Positions 10,749-24,200 of a DNA stretch of 64,000 nt are shown piece by piece. Under the pieces are notes generated by a model. The model was not told the origin of the DNA. It searched no databases and saw only the letters and a program-made list of their open reading frames with translations. Source of the stretch: Klebsormidium nitens. Its lineage: Eukaryota; Plantae; Klebsormidiophyceae. The position numbers were made by a program, and so were the translations under genes. Position 1 is the stretch's first letter, and each line of letters begins with the position of its first letter. Location: the NCBI GenBank assembly GCA_000708835.1, contig DF237435.1, forward strand, positions 1 through 64,000, written 5' to 3'.

Positions 10749-13700
10749 ATGCAGGCGGCAATTGGGCAGAAGCCCAAAATTGACCTGAACGCCCGCCCCC
10801 CGGCCAACTATGTGGCGGGGCTGGGGAGAGGTGCCGCAGGGTTCACCACCCGTTCAGATATTGGGCCAGCGAGAGCGACGGTTGACATGCCCGATGCATC
10901 ACAACTCGCAGCCAAGGGGGCGGGCAGGGCCGCAGAGGGGGTGGGCAGGGCCGCAGAGGGGGCAGAGGAGAAGTACGATGAGAACCAGAAGTTTGACGAG
11001 TTTGAGGGAAATGATAACGGGCTGTTTGCGGGGGGCGACTATGACGAGGATGACAAGGAGGCAGATGAGATTTGGGAGAGTATAGACGAGAAGATGGACG
11101 AGAGGCGGCGAGAGCGGCGAGAGGCACGCCTGAAGGAGGAGATTGAGAAGTATCGTGCAGACAATCCCAAGATCACCGAGCAGTTTGCGGACCTGAAGCG
11201 GAAGCTGGGCACGCTGAGCGCGTCGGACTGGGAGGCCATCCCGGAGATTGGGGATTACAGCATGCGCAACAAGAAGAAGCGCTTTGAGAGTTTTGTCCCG
11301 GTCCCAGACACACTGCTGGAGCGTGCACGGCAGGAGAACGAGCGGGTGACAGCGATTGATCCTCTGGGGGGGCTGGAAACGCCCATGGGCAGCACCCCCG
11401 TGACGGACTTGATGGCGGTTGGGGAGGGGCGCTCCAGCGTGCTCAAGATCAAGATGGACAAGCTGTCAGACAGCGTGTCGGGGCAGTCGACGGTGGACCC
11501 CAAGGGCTATCTCACGGACCTCAAGAGCATGAAGATCACGAGCGACGCTGAGATTGGCGACATCAAGAAGGCGCGGCTGCTGCTCAAGTCGGTCATCCAG
11601 ACCAACCCGAAGCACGCGCCAGGGTGGATTGCGGCGGCGCGGCTGGAGGAGGTGGCGGGGAAGATTGGGGCGGCGCGCACGCTGATCCAGAGAGGATTCG
11701 AGGAGTGTCCCAAGAACGAGGACGTCTGGCTGGAGGGCAGCCGGCTGCAGACGCCCGAGAATGCGAAGCTGGTGCTGGCCAAGGGCGTGGCCGCAATCCC
11801 GAACTCGGTTAAGCTGTGGATGCAGGCGGCGCGGCTGGAGCAGGACGACGCGGCAAAGAGCCGAGTGCTGCGGAAAGCGCTGGAGCACATCCCAAACTCG
11901 GTGCGGCTGTGGAAGGCGATTGTGGAGCTGGCGAGCGAGGATGACGCGCGGATCCTTCTGTCCCGCGCAGTCGAGTGCTGTCCGGCGCATGTGGAGTTGT
12001 GGCTGGCGCTCGCGCGGCTGGAGAGTTACGAGAAAGCGAAGCAAGTGCTCAACCTGGCGCGGAAGACACTCCCAACAGAGGCGATCATTTGGATCACGGC
12101 GGCGAAGCTGGAAGAGGCGAACAACAACCCCGCGATGGCCAAGAAGATCATCCAGAAGGCGGTGCAGAGTTTGCCGAGCCACGGGGTGGTGATTGACCGC
12201 GAGGCCTGGATGAAGGAGGCGGAGGCGGCGGAGCGGGCGCAGAGTGTGGCAACATGTCATGCCATCGTAGAAGTTACGGCGGAAGTGGGGGTGGAGGAAG
12301 AGGACCGCAAGAGAACTTGGATGGCGGACGCGGAGGATCTGAAGAAGCGGGGCAGCGTGGAGACGGCGCGCGCAGTTTACCAGCACGCACTGGGCGTTTT
12401 CCCCGGGAAGAAGTCGGTTTGGCTGCGCGCGGCGCAGCTGGAGAAGAGTGCGGGCACGCGGGAGAGTCTGAACGCGCTGCTGGAGAGAGCGGTGAAGTAC
12501 TGCCCACAGGCGGAGGTGCTGTGGCTGATGCTGGCCAAGGAGCAATGGCTGGCGGGGGACGTCGACGCAGCGCGCAAGGTGCTGGAGCAGGCGTTTGTGG
12601 CCATCCCTGGGTCCGAGGAGATCTGGCTTGCGGCGTTCAAGCTCGAGTTCGAGAACAAGGAGCCTGAGCGTGCGCGATTCCTGCTGGCGAAGGCGCGGGA
12701 GAGCCGCGCGACCGAGCGGGTGTGGATGAAGTCGGCAATCGTGGAGCGGGAACTGGGGAACGCGGAGGAGGAGCGGCGGCTGCTGGAGGCCGGAATCAAA
12801 GCCTATCCTGGCTTCCATAAGCTATGGATCATGTTGGGGCAGCTGGAGGAGCGGCAGGGGCGGGTGGCGGCCGCACGGGATGCGTACACAAAAGGCGTGC
12901 GGCAGTGCCCGCACAGCGTGGTGCTCTGGCAGTGCGCGGCAATGCTGGAGGAGAAGGAGAAGAATCTGGGGAAGGCACGCGCGGTGCTGGAGCAGGCGCG
13001 GCACAAGAACCCGCAGACGCCGGAGTTGTGGCTGTCGGCAGTGCGGATCGAGGCACGAGCGGGGAACAGGAAAGCGGCGGAGAGCCTGATGGCGAAGGCA
13101 CTGCAGGACTGTCCGGAGAGCGGGGTGCTGTGGGCGGAGGCCATTGCAATGTCGCCGCGGCCGGAGCGCAAGCGCAAGAGCGTGGACGCGCTCAAGAAGT
13201 GCGACCACGATCCGTTTGTGATTGCGGCGGTGGCGAATGAGTTCTGGCGGGACCGTAAGGTGGAGAAGGCGCGCACCTGGTTCAACCGCGCGGTCACGCT
13301 CAAGCCAGACATAGGCGACTTCTGGGCGCAGTTTTACAGGTAAGCGCCGTGTAACATAGGACAACTGCTTGGCACAACTTCATACAAGTTGAGGTCGACG
13401 GGTTTGAGTTGCTCGACTGGGAAGGTTAGGAGTCGAACGCTGCCACCCTGGTTGTGACAGTGGTCCGAATCTGTTTGAGAAGCCGTTTAGAGATTATATG
13501 TGCCAATTGTGCAAGTACTTGGACCTCAGGTCACATCTGCTACTTAGCCAAGACCTGTCGCCAAAGACATTTATCTTGAAAGGTCGTTGGATTTTCTTAG
13601 CTTGCTTTTCACAATGGTCGAGCTGTATCTTTGTCAAGTACGTGCGCTACTTTCTCCCCCGAACTCACCTTTCTCTATCTTTTTTGATATCGACTCTGTC

Positions 13701-13968
13701 AGACTCGTCCTTCTTTTCCTGGCGTTTGGTATTTGGGACCTGATCATTCCCTCCTTCCTTCCGCAGGTTCGAGTCGCAGCACGGGAGTAAGGAGCAGCAG
13801 GAGGAGGTGGTGTCTCGGGCGGTCGCCGCGGAGCCGCACCACGGGGAGCGGTGGCAGAAGGTGGCCAAGGCCGTCGAGAACGCGCACGAGCCCGTGGAAG
13901 CGCTCCTCAAGAAAGTCGCAAGGTCGTTTGCAACGGCAGAGGCGGCGGCAGCAGCGGAAGGAACTTAG
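10749..13968 (+). CDS. PRP6: Pre-mRNA splicing factor PRP6 / STABILIZED1 (U5-102K, HAT/TPR repeats)
   Basis: Exons 10749-13339 and 13767-13968. N-terminal [70 protein letters not shown] and many HAT repeats. C-terminus [14 protein letters not shown]. Confidence 0.98.
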
Positions 13969-15277
13969 TTGAGGAGGGGCAGAAGGGCTAAGGGCTGTGT
14001 AAGCACGGCAATGAGTGGCTTCGAGGGGAGGTGCACGAATCAAGGGCTGTAGATTGAACGCAGACAAAGTAAGTGGTGCCAAATGTACAGTATTTTAAAG
14101 GAAGTTGAGCTGGAAGCCTCCACTTGGATCACTCGTCGGCCATTTTAAATTTTGCCTGTCAGTTGCAAAGTCAGTCTGCGAATGAATTCATGCAGGCTTC
14201 TTAACAATTTGGTAACGGCCGACCGTCGATTGCGAATCCATCGAGTGCCTGGGGGTCGGATCCAGCTGTTGTATGTGCGGACTGAACGGTAGGCATGCGA
14301 CTCATCCGATCAACTGAGCGCACGCCGCCATCGTGTCGTCACAGCGCCTGAGTGCATGCCAGCACCGCCACCTGCCACCTGCACATTCTAGTCATTCGGG
14401 GATGCACACAAGCAATTGCAAATCGATGAGGTCGATCATTGGTTTCATACATACAGCTGTGCTACCTATAGCCGGCGCGGCCCCGTACACGAGTATATTC
14501 GTGCACCATGCAGCTAGCTAGTATACAAACTGTGATGCACGTGACGTGACGCGTGGCCGGCGGCCGCCACGCGTGTTTATATAATCGTGCGTGCTCTTGG
14601 CACATTCATGAGTCCATCATTGGAATGTCAGATATGATCCGGGCCTCATTGCCAGGAGAGGTCCATGCACAACTTCCGTCCCGCATCCATGCACGACTCT
14701 GATCAGTGCGAAACTGCCTTTTGAGTCATTGCATCACTAAGAATGCTGTCTTTCAGGCCTTGTTAGTACGTCACGGCATGCATGCAAATTGTTATCATAC
14801 TGACCAGAAACAGCGGGCAGCAAAGTGACCAGCAACAGCGGGGGCAACTTGACCTGAATAGGATTCACACATAAGTTTCGCACATTCTATGCTGACCGTC
14901 CGTACGTAACCCCAAGCCTAAGCGGCCGAGCCAGCCATTATAATTACGCACTGCACAACGTAAGCTGTCACTCGATCATATAAGCAAAGTAATGTTTTTC
15001 AGTCAAGTCAAGATGACCAACGCCCGACCTTGGTCTTGACTTCTTCCTTCCGTTTTAACGAGCTATCAATGACAAGAGGACCTTCCATCAACACCTTTAG
15101 CCATGTCACTACTTTGTTCAAAATCTGTACAGACCGTAGCTTTATGTCGATGGTTCCTGAGCTGGGCATCGTACACCTCAAAATCGTTGCTGCATTTGCC
15201 AATGGATGTCCCGGATCTGCCGCTTTACCTCCCAAACTTCCGACGCTTCGACTTTCACATTCCGCCTCGCTCCTCCC

Positions 15278-18200
15278 CTACCCCACGACTGCGCCCTCCA
15301 GCGCGGGCTCTGCTGCGTCGCCGCCTTCCTGCTCGCTGGCCGGCTGCTGCCCGCCGGTGTCGAAGGCGACGCGGAAGACGTCCTCGTATGTCTCCGCGAA
15401 GTGCACCTCCAACCCCGCTGTGACGTCGTCCGCGAGCTCGTCCCACGCGTGTGCGCACTCGGCGGGCAGGATGATCGTCTGCACGCCGGCGCGCCGCGCG
15501 GCCGAAACCTTCTCCTTGATGCCGCCTACCGGCAGCACACGCCCCACCAGCGTGATCTCGCCCGTCATCGACAGATTCGGCCGCACCGGCCTGCACCCAA
15601 CGCAGCCGCGGGGGGGCACGTCAGGGCGTGGAGCAAGCAGCGAGGCAGAGGCAAGGCTTAGAGATACACGGCTACAGCAAGACGTCAGCACCACTGCAAA
15701 GGAACACGAGCAGCAGAGAACGGTGTGATTAGTCGCAAGTCGCAAGGTCGACGTCACTTCGCAGGACATTCACTCTTGCAACCGACTCGGGGCGCGCTGC
15801 CAGCCCATCGTTTGAAGCAGAGGTGTCAACGTTGTTGCGGTGTGGAAAGTCCGCGCCTCACTTGTCCATGGCGAGCGAGAGCAGCGCGGTGACGAGCGTG
15901 ACCCCCGCGGACGGCCCGTCCTTGGGGGTGGCGCCCTCGGGCATGTGCACGTGGATGCGCGCGTGGTCGAAGTAGGCGTTGTCCGGCTGCTTGGCGGCGA
16001 GGACGCGCGCGGCCACGCTGTGCGCGATGGTGGTGCTCTCCTTGAGCACGTCGCCCATCTGGCCCGTCGCCAAGATGCTGCCCTCGCGGCTGCCGGCAGA
16101 CTTGCTGATCAGACTGCATCAAAGACAGGGGGCGCGCACAGGATCAGCTTTGAGCCCGCAAGGGTTTGAACAAAGGGAGTGATGATAAGCTAGCTCTAGG
16201 AAACAGCACGGGGCGAAGCAACAACAAACGCTGTTTAGACCAGGGAGAACATGAAGATACCGTTTTGGATTGGGTCCTCGAAGATCGTCAAAGAGATTCA
16301 GTCAATAGATAGTACCAACGACGCTCTAAAAGGACGCTTTGGGAGCGGTTGAAGCTTGGACTCCGCCTCCGACGCCTAGACTTCAACCCAACATTTCACA
16401 GACCACAGCCGAATACAAAAAGCAGCCAAGCATTGTCCGGGCCTCTCTTTCCCCCCGGCTTCCCTCACCTGGCCTCGATGTACGCGATCTGGCCGCCTGC
16501 CTGCGTGGTGACGAGGCCCATGACGACCCCGGTGGGCGTCTGCGCGTACCAGCGCTCCTTGCCCCACTTGGGCCGCCCCAGGTACTTGCGCAAATTGTCC
16601 AGCCCCACCACCGTGCGCGTGCTCGCCAGCACAACTTCCGTCCGCTCCGCCTCCACGCGCAGCGCCGCCTCCTCGCCGCCCACCGCCGCGCTCGCCCCAC
16701 CATCCGGCCGCGACGCCCCGCTGGCTGCGTCCTTCACGGGCCCTGTCGTTCCTGGCGCCACGTCGAGGGTCTCCCCTTGCCTGTCCGCCGACTCCCCTCT
16801 CGATCCGGCGCCGGTGCGCCCTCCCTCCGCAGCGTTTGCTGCTACTAGCTGAGGCTCGCCCGGTAACGTCCTGCTGGCCGTCGATGTCCCCCTATCTTCC
16901 AGCTCCGCTTGTCTACTGCTTTCTGAAGATGCCCCCCTTTCGCCAGCGGCTACCCCGTGCCTCTCTCTGCCACTCCCGCCTGGCAGCCTCTCCTCTGCGC
17001 GCTCTGGCGCCCCGCGTGCATCGTCGCCCAGCCTGGTCCCCGTGCTTTGCGGCCCGTCCTCCTCCACGACCAGGTTGACGCGCGGGGTGGCACAGCGGAC
17101 GGGCGCGGCTCTCTGCCTACGCTGCAGGGCCTCGATGGTGCCGGTCGGTGGCTGCGCTGCGTGCGGGTTGAGCACACCCAGGTCCGCCGCACTCAGCTTC
17201 GGATAAACTCCTGCACAACCGAGCCGTGCACCAGCTTGAGTGACTGTCCGCACAGGCCAGGTGAGAGAGGCAGCACCGCCCTGCGGACATAACGCAGATG
17301 CTAGCACGAGTTCGTTGACACAAAGCCTCACACCGCCAGTGTAACAGCAGTCGCTTTCTTCTTCGCCCTCTTGCCCCCTTGCTTGCAGCAGGGCTCACCT
17401 TCTGATCGCTCCTCAAACCAACGATGCAGGCCCCCTTGCTGCTCGGCCGCCCGCGGTGCCTCGGTGCGCTCGCGCAGGTATGCCCACAGCAGCTCGTACA
17501 GCTCCGCCTCCACGTGCGGGTTGCCCCGGGCCCGCTCCTGGGGGGTGGCCTTCGCCCCCTCCTGGCCGCGGGCCGGCTTCTTCAGCTGGAGCAACGGGCC
17601 CAGGGCGCCCCCTTCCGCCCGGTTCAGAAGGCGTCCCGGGACGGCCCTTCTGTAGTTGTCAAACAGGAGCTGTCTCAGGGCCCGCTGCTCGCGCACGTCG
17701 CCAAAGCTCTCCGCAGGAAGCTGCAGGACCCGGGTGGTGTTGAGGAGGGGGCCGTAGAACAATTCCGGAGACCACAGTACGGCCCGGCACGCCTTGAGCA
17801 GCACGGCCCCCTTCGCGTCGTGCAAGTTCTTCTTTCCTTTCGCCACCACCCCGAGGAGCCCCCCCTGACCCGGGCTGCTCCCAAATACCGCCTCGACAAC
17901 TGCCCGCAGTGGGCCGGCTGTTTTCGCAAAGCTGTGCATCAGCGCGGCTTGGAGGGAGTCCAGCGCCTGAGAGAACAGCGCGTCGGGCTGCGTGCTGCGC
18001 ACGGCGCGCTCGGTGTTCATGTGCAGCAGCGCTTCCAGGAAGCCTGCCGCCGCCTGCGCCCCCTCGTCCGCCTGCCGCTTCCAGCCCCCGGCCGCATCGA
18101 AGAGGCGCCAGCGCTCAAAGAAGGCAGTCGCGGCGCGCACCAACTCCAGGTCCACCTCAGCTGCCGCTGGCAGCGCCTGTCCCGGGAACAGCTCCTCCAG

Positions 18201-21200
18201 GGGGTCCCCCAGGCGCCACCGCTGCCCGCTGGTCCGCAGGGGGGGCTGTTCCCCAAGCGCATCGCGCGTGGCCACGTCCAGGTCGAGCAGCTCGAGGCCG
18301 TCGTGCAGCTCCGCCGAGGGCGGCGCCTTCATCCGCTCCACTGCGTACGCCGCCTGGGCAGAGTGCATCAGCGCCAGCCGCAGGCGCAGCACGTCCCGCG
18401 GGGAGCGCTGCCCCGCGCGCACCGCTGCGTACTGGGCGTGTGCTGCGGCGTCTGCGGCCTTCTTGTGGCCCTCCAGAATGCTCTGTCGGGACGCACCGCT
18501 GCTGTCGCTCTCCAGAAACTTGAGCGTCAGCTCGGCCTGCGCCCCCCGGCCCAGCTCTCCTGGGGACGGAGTCGGCAGTCGGAGATGGGGGAACAGAGGG
18601 GGGCGGGCGTCGGTGGCAGGCGGTGCCCGCTCTAGTTCCGCGGTGCCGCCCTGAAGTTGCTTCAGCACGGCAGGCTCCTCGTAGAGCAGCAGGGGCTCTG
18701 CGCCGCCCGGCGTCGGCTTCCATTGCAGCGGCACCTTGCGCGACACGAGCGCCCACTCCAGCGGGGTCCGCCCCGAGAAGCCCAGCAGCCGGCCCACGTC
18801 TTGCGCACGCCGCGCGTCGATCTCCGTGCCCCAGGAACAACCTTGCGCTGCCAGCTTGTCGAAGAGTGGCGCGTAGCGCGTGCGCTTGTGCTGCAGGTCC
18901 GCCAGCAGGAAGCCGTGCAGCAGCAGCGCGCCCTCGTTGGGGTTGCGCGGCCGCGTTGCCTGCGCGCCGTAGCCGGGCCAGGCAGTCAAGGTGCGGAAGG
19001 GCCCCTCCAGCACGGCCAGCCAGTGCTGCGCGCGCGCACACACCCGCAGCTGCTGCTGTTCCTCCGTGCTCAAACCCGCCACTCCGAACTCAGCCCCCGC
19101 TGCGCCGCTGGTTGCCTCCGTAGACTGCCCCTGGCTCGCAATCGTCTCTGGTCGCAGGGTGGCCCCCTCGCCTGGCCAGCGCATGTTGTACCCGTCCGGC
19201 AGGATCATGCTCCTCCCATCAAAGACATAGAGCGCCTCGTTCCGCAGCAGCAGTGGCGTGAGCTCGCGCAGGAAGGCCAGGTTCCAGGCGTCCCCTTGCT
19301 GCTGCGTCAGGCGCGGATACGTCAGCCCCTCCAGGCACCCCGGGTTCACCGCCGTGTTGTACAGCACCGCCGCCACGTGCAGCCCCAGCAGCCCGTCCGT
19401 GTCCAGGTCAGCGGGCACGGCGACCCCCGGCCCCGTTTCGAGCGCGGTCCAGTCCGTCGCCAGCCCGAACTCTGCGAGGGCGTCCTTGAAGCCCGCAAAT
19501 GCCGCCTTGAGGTCGTCCGTCTGCTCGGGCGGGAGCTGCCCCGCGACCGCCTGCCCCAGCAGGTCCGCAAAGCGCTGCAGCGGCTCCACGCGTGGCGCCT
19601 CTACTGCGGCCGCCAGCCACTCCGCCACCAGCGTCTCCGCCTCCAGCTCGCCCGAGTCCGCCGCCACCGCGTACGCCGCTGCGCGCTGCACCATCTCCCG
19701 CGCGGCCGCCACCACGCCGGCGCTGGGCGGCAGCTGGCCCGAGTACATGTTGCGCAGCACGTGCAGCGCGGGCCACAGGCTCGCCTCCACCTCGCGCCCA
19801 CGCCCCTCCAGCGCCGCTCCCCGACCCCCGCCGGGCCTCTTCACAAATGATTGAATTGCCCGCTGCGCATCCTTCGACTCAGGGTTCTGCCACAGGCCCC
19901 GGGGCACCATGTCTAGGCCGGGCCTCGCTTCCCCCTCGCCCACCATCGCCCCGCTGCTGCTTTCCTCCCCAGCTCGCACATTCGAACGGCCCACCTCCGC
20001 TCGCCAGTGCCGTTCAAGAGCGCGCCACCAGGACCGCAGCAATACCACCCCCTCAGCATTGCCCTGCGGGAAGGCCGCTCCCGCGTGCTGTCGCAATACG
20101 GCGGCCCCCTGGCCCCCCTCCTGTGCCGCGGCTGCCGCCCACGCCTGGCCGTCCACTGCCGCCTTGATGCCGTCCAGCTGTGCCTGCGCCGCCGCAGGCC
20201 GCCCCTCCAGTGCGCGCCCCCACTGGAGCAGCAGCATCTCCACCTCCCCCAGTGCCGCCTCCACCGTGTGCCGCTCGTCGCCCCTGCACTCCGCCCACTC
20301 TCCGCGCACCCCTTCCAGCTTCTCCCGCGCCCACACTGCAATCGCCACCTGCTCCATTGCTGCCACCGCTGCTTCGTTCTGCTCACCGCCCGCCTCGTCC
20401 GCCTCACCCGTCTCGTCCGCCACGTCTTCTTGCCCCTCCCTCGCGAGCAGCCACAGCGCGGTTTCCCGCGGCTTCCCGCTCAGCTCCGCCATGACGGCCA
20501 CGTCGTCCTTGCCCAGCAGCTGCCGCACCTTGCGTGCGTGGTGCTCCACGTCTAGCTCCGCGCGCGTCAGCGGCCACGCAGGGTGGTCCACGGACGGCCC
20601 CGCGCCCGCCTCCACCTCCGCCACCATTTGCAGCTCCGCTTCCAGCAGGTCCAGCTCGCCACCCTCCCCCGTGGGCAACTCCGCATTGGCCAGCAGCGCG
20701 GTCAAGTCTTCTGCCTGATTCGTGTTGGTTGGCCGGAGCGCGTCCCACCGCTGCAATGCCTCGTCCAGCTTGCGCAGCTGGTACTTGAGGGTCCGCACGC
20801 GCGCCGCAAATTGCGGATCGACGCGCGCACCGGCAGCTTCCGTGGCGCGCGCATCCAGCGGCTGTGCTGTGCCCACCACCAACTCCGGAACCTCCTCCTG
20901 TGCTCTTCCTCTTTCCCCGACCACAGCCGTGACGAGCTCCGAACTCAACCCGCCTCCCGAATTGCCTGCAACTTCCAGACCTTGGCGTGTCTCCTCTTTT
21001 GAAGGCGTCGCTTGCCTCGTTTCCCGCAGAACCGCCGCAGCAGAAGTCTCTCCTCCAGTACTGCTTGATGGCGCGTCAGCTTGGCGCCCTTGCGTGGGCC
21101 CCTTGTTACCCGTGACCACCACTTCCATCCCTGGACTCCCCACGTTCCTGCCGCTCTTCTTGTTCCCCCACGGTCGCCACCCCGACCTCCCTGCGTCCCC

Positions 21201-24200
21201 CACTTTGTGCTCTGCCGCCGCTCCTTCCCCTCGGGCGCGCATGCGGTCCAGTAACGTCTCCAGCACCTCCATGCTCGCACCGGCACTCTTACCCGTACCC
21301 ACCCCCCGTTCGTTTCGCCCAGCCTTTTGATTGCTGCCCCGAGCTGCCTCCCCATTCAGTGGCGACTTGGCATCGCTTCCTGGTGGCCCTTCCAGGTTCC
21401 AAGCTTCCGTTTCAGAAACCGAGCTCCCGCTCGTGCCAGCTTCGAGTTGCCTCGAACTCAAGTGCTCGCCATTGCCCTCGAATCTTAAGCTTTCTCTCAC
21501 GTCAAGCCCTCCAACAAAGGTACTGCTGTCGCCCCCGTCTGCTGTCTGTGCGCTGCCCTCCCCCCGTGATGCTTCAACCACCACCTGCTCCCCGCTGCTC
21601 GCACCTCGCTCGCCCTGTTCCATAACCCCAGGGGGAGTACTTCCATTCGGAAGGCCGCCTGGGTTCGCGGTAGTGTCCGTCGTGGCTAAGGGCGTGCTAG
21701 GCGTGGTGCGCCCTTCCTTGGCCTGCCTGGCGTCCACCAGCTCCAGGGCAATCTGCAGTTCAAGGGGCACACGAGCAGAACATTCAGTCGGTGAAGCTAG
21801 CAGCTCTACGCAAGACCAGCTGTTGGCGCTGGCCGCAGCAGATTGTCCGCAGCTGCTGCGCTCTACCAGAGAAAAACCAAAATGCTCCTGATGGCTTCAG
21901 AACTGCTGATCGTGGCAGACACATGATCGCGCATGACCTGCGCAGGCTGGACAGGCAGTGCATCGGGGCAGCCCAGGGGGGCGGACGTTGTGTCCCCAAC
22001 AAGCCTGTTCAGCAGCAAACAAAACCTTGTGCATGGAGTGCAGCCACTGCTAGACCGTGGCTCGCACCTTTCTGCAGATCTTCTCGAGCTGGCGCTCCAT
22101 GCCGCGGCACCCCGCTTCGAAGGTGTACTTGGTGGCAATCGCCTCCAGCACGGCGTCCGTGATCTCAACCTGCACCGCTAGGCAGATCCTTGTCAACACA
22201 ACAAGGACTTACGGAGGCAGAATCTGTTGACAGAGCTGTTCAGAACAGCCGTCCTAGCCTCGCAAATAGTCGAGAGTTGAACCCTCAGCGATGAAAACGA
22301 TTGATTGAACCGCAAGCTTGCTCTGACAAGCTCAACTTTTGGAAACTGAAACAGGTCTAGGAATGTCGTTCTTCTGCGGGCTTTCTCAGCCACACCAGCA
22401 CTCCGCCAAGTCACGTCTGACTCAACAACCTTTTTGGCGGAAGGAAGTGGGCAGCTTTACCTGGTCCGGCGCCAGGCCGACCTTGTCCTTGATCTTGGGC
22501 AGCAGGAAGCGCTTGGCGATGTGCACCTTCTCCGCGGTCGAGTACCCCGACAGCTCGATTGTCTCCATGCGGTCCAGCAGCGGCCGAGCGATCTGGCTGA
22601 TGTCATTCGCGGTGCACACAAACAGCACCTGCGCACCAGCAGGTGGGCCGCTCAGACTTGAGCGGACGGCAGGACAAACCTACATCCGACTTCACTCGAA
22701 ATGAGCACGAGAACCCTGTGAGCTTCGAAGGCCGCAATGGTTTTGGAAGGGCCTGCCACCATGGCCTGCCACCAGAAGAACCAAGTTCGATACACGTAGC
22801 AAAGTCTTCCCTGTGTTCTGACAAGTTCCTTGAATCTCCTTCTGTGGGCTTATTACAGCTTATTATCCATCAACTCGACAGATTCTTTCTGCACGTCTAA
22901 ACGGCATACGCGCAATGCACCCACGAGATCAGAGCTACGCCTGTGCGTGCCCGTCTGCCCGTCTGCCCGATGCTTGTGCGCGCTCACCTGCGAGAGGTTG
23001 AGGCCGACCTCCATGTAGTGGTCCTTGAAGTCCTTGTTCTGCTCGGGGTCCAGGATCTCGAGCAGCGCCGCACCGGGGTCGCCGCGGTAGTTGGCGTGCG
23101 CCATCTTGTCCACCTCGTCGATGAGCACCAGCGGGTTCATGACGCCCACCTGCTTCAGCGCGCCCACCACCTTGCCCGGCTCGCTGCCCACGTACGTGCG
23201 GTTGTGCCCCTTGAACTCAACCGGGTCGTTCAGCCCGCCCACGCTGCGCGGCGCAAAGAGAGGCAAGATGAGACAACGCTACCGGAGAACAGAGTACTTC
23301 GCCCACGGTTCTACACCGCCATGTCAGTTTTAGTAAGGCAAAATCCTTCGACACTGACATATGAATGCTGACGAGTCGAGACTATCAACGAGACACTTCG
23401 ACCTCCTTGCAAGCTCTGGAAAGGGCAGGTGGCTTCTCCAGCCGTTCATCAGGTTCGCAAAAGAAAGAGCAGCGCAAGACACATCTTGTGCCTGCCTTCC
23501 TCTGATCCAATTCAATTTTTCAGACTTATCCGGGGAGGGCCGAAACAGCAAGGAGCGTGCTGACCTCATGCGGTGGAACTTGCGGTTGAGTGCGCGCGCC
23601 ATGCTCTTGGCGATGCTGGTCTTGCCCACCCCGGGGGGCCCGTGCAGCAGCAGGATGCGCCCCTGCGTCGTGCCCTTCAGCTGGCTCACAGCAATGAACT
23701 CCAGCAGCCGCTCCTGCCAGAAGAGGAGGCGCACGCGCCTTCAGATCTAGCGCTCACCGTGCGAATGCTCTGTTATTTGAAACTGGTCGTCGAACCTGAA
23801 GCAGAATTAGAAGCCGAGCGAAGAGAAGCGAACGCGCATGGCAGCAGGCCCCAGGGTGCACAAAACGGCAAGGTGCTGAAAGTGAAAAAGGGACAATGGA
23901 AAGTAAGAGCCACAACGGGGGAGGCAACCGAGGTAGCCGCACTGTGCAGCACGACACACAGTCCAGACACAACCAGGACAGGGCACCCAGGACAGACACC
24001 GGTCAGAAAAGCAAAGCTGCTCGAATCCTCGCATCCTCCTGATTAAAGATCAGACTCCAACTTTTTGGGGCCACGGGTTGTTTGCTGCTGCCCCTCACCT
24101 TGACTTCCTCGAGGCCGTAGTGGTCTTCCTCCAGGATGTTGCGCGCCTCCGCCACGTCATAGCGCTCGCGCGTGGTCTCCCCCCACGGCATGAGCGTCAT

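Noticed and set aside
10922-10962. 21-nt tandem duplication ([14 protein letters not shown]) in PRP6, plus the (CAC)n tract at ~32722 and the 12-mer duplication at ~52976
   Set aside because: Ordinary short tandem duplications in a variable linker or in introns.
10749-13339. 2.6-kb intronless PRP6 exon as evidence of retroposition
   Set aside because: The gene retains an intron and has no poly(A) scar or TSD. Intron poverty alone is not enough.
11466-13364. Long antisense ORFs over PRP6, and similar overlapping ORFs over the Lon insert
   Set aside because: These are shadow ORFs expected opposite GC-rich coding sequence, with no recognisable motifs.
17328-21770. 1,480-aa ORF as an independent nested gene, TE or intein inside Lon
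   Set aside because: Its first residues after a CAG acceptor (IALELV) continue the Lon consensus, and the splice phases fit on both sides. I saw no intein termini, LAGLIDADG, RT or transposase motifs, or terminal repeats. Treated as a Lon exon.
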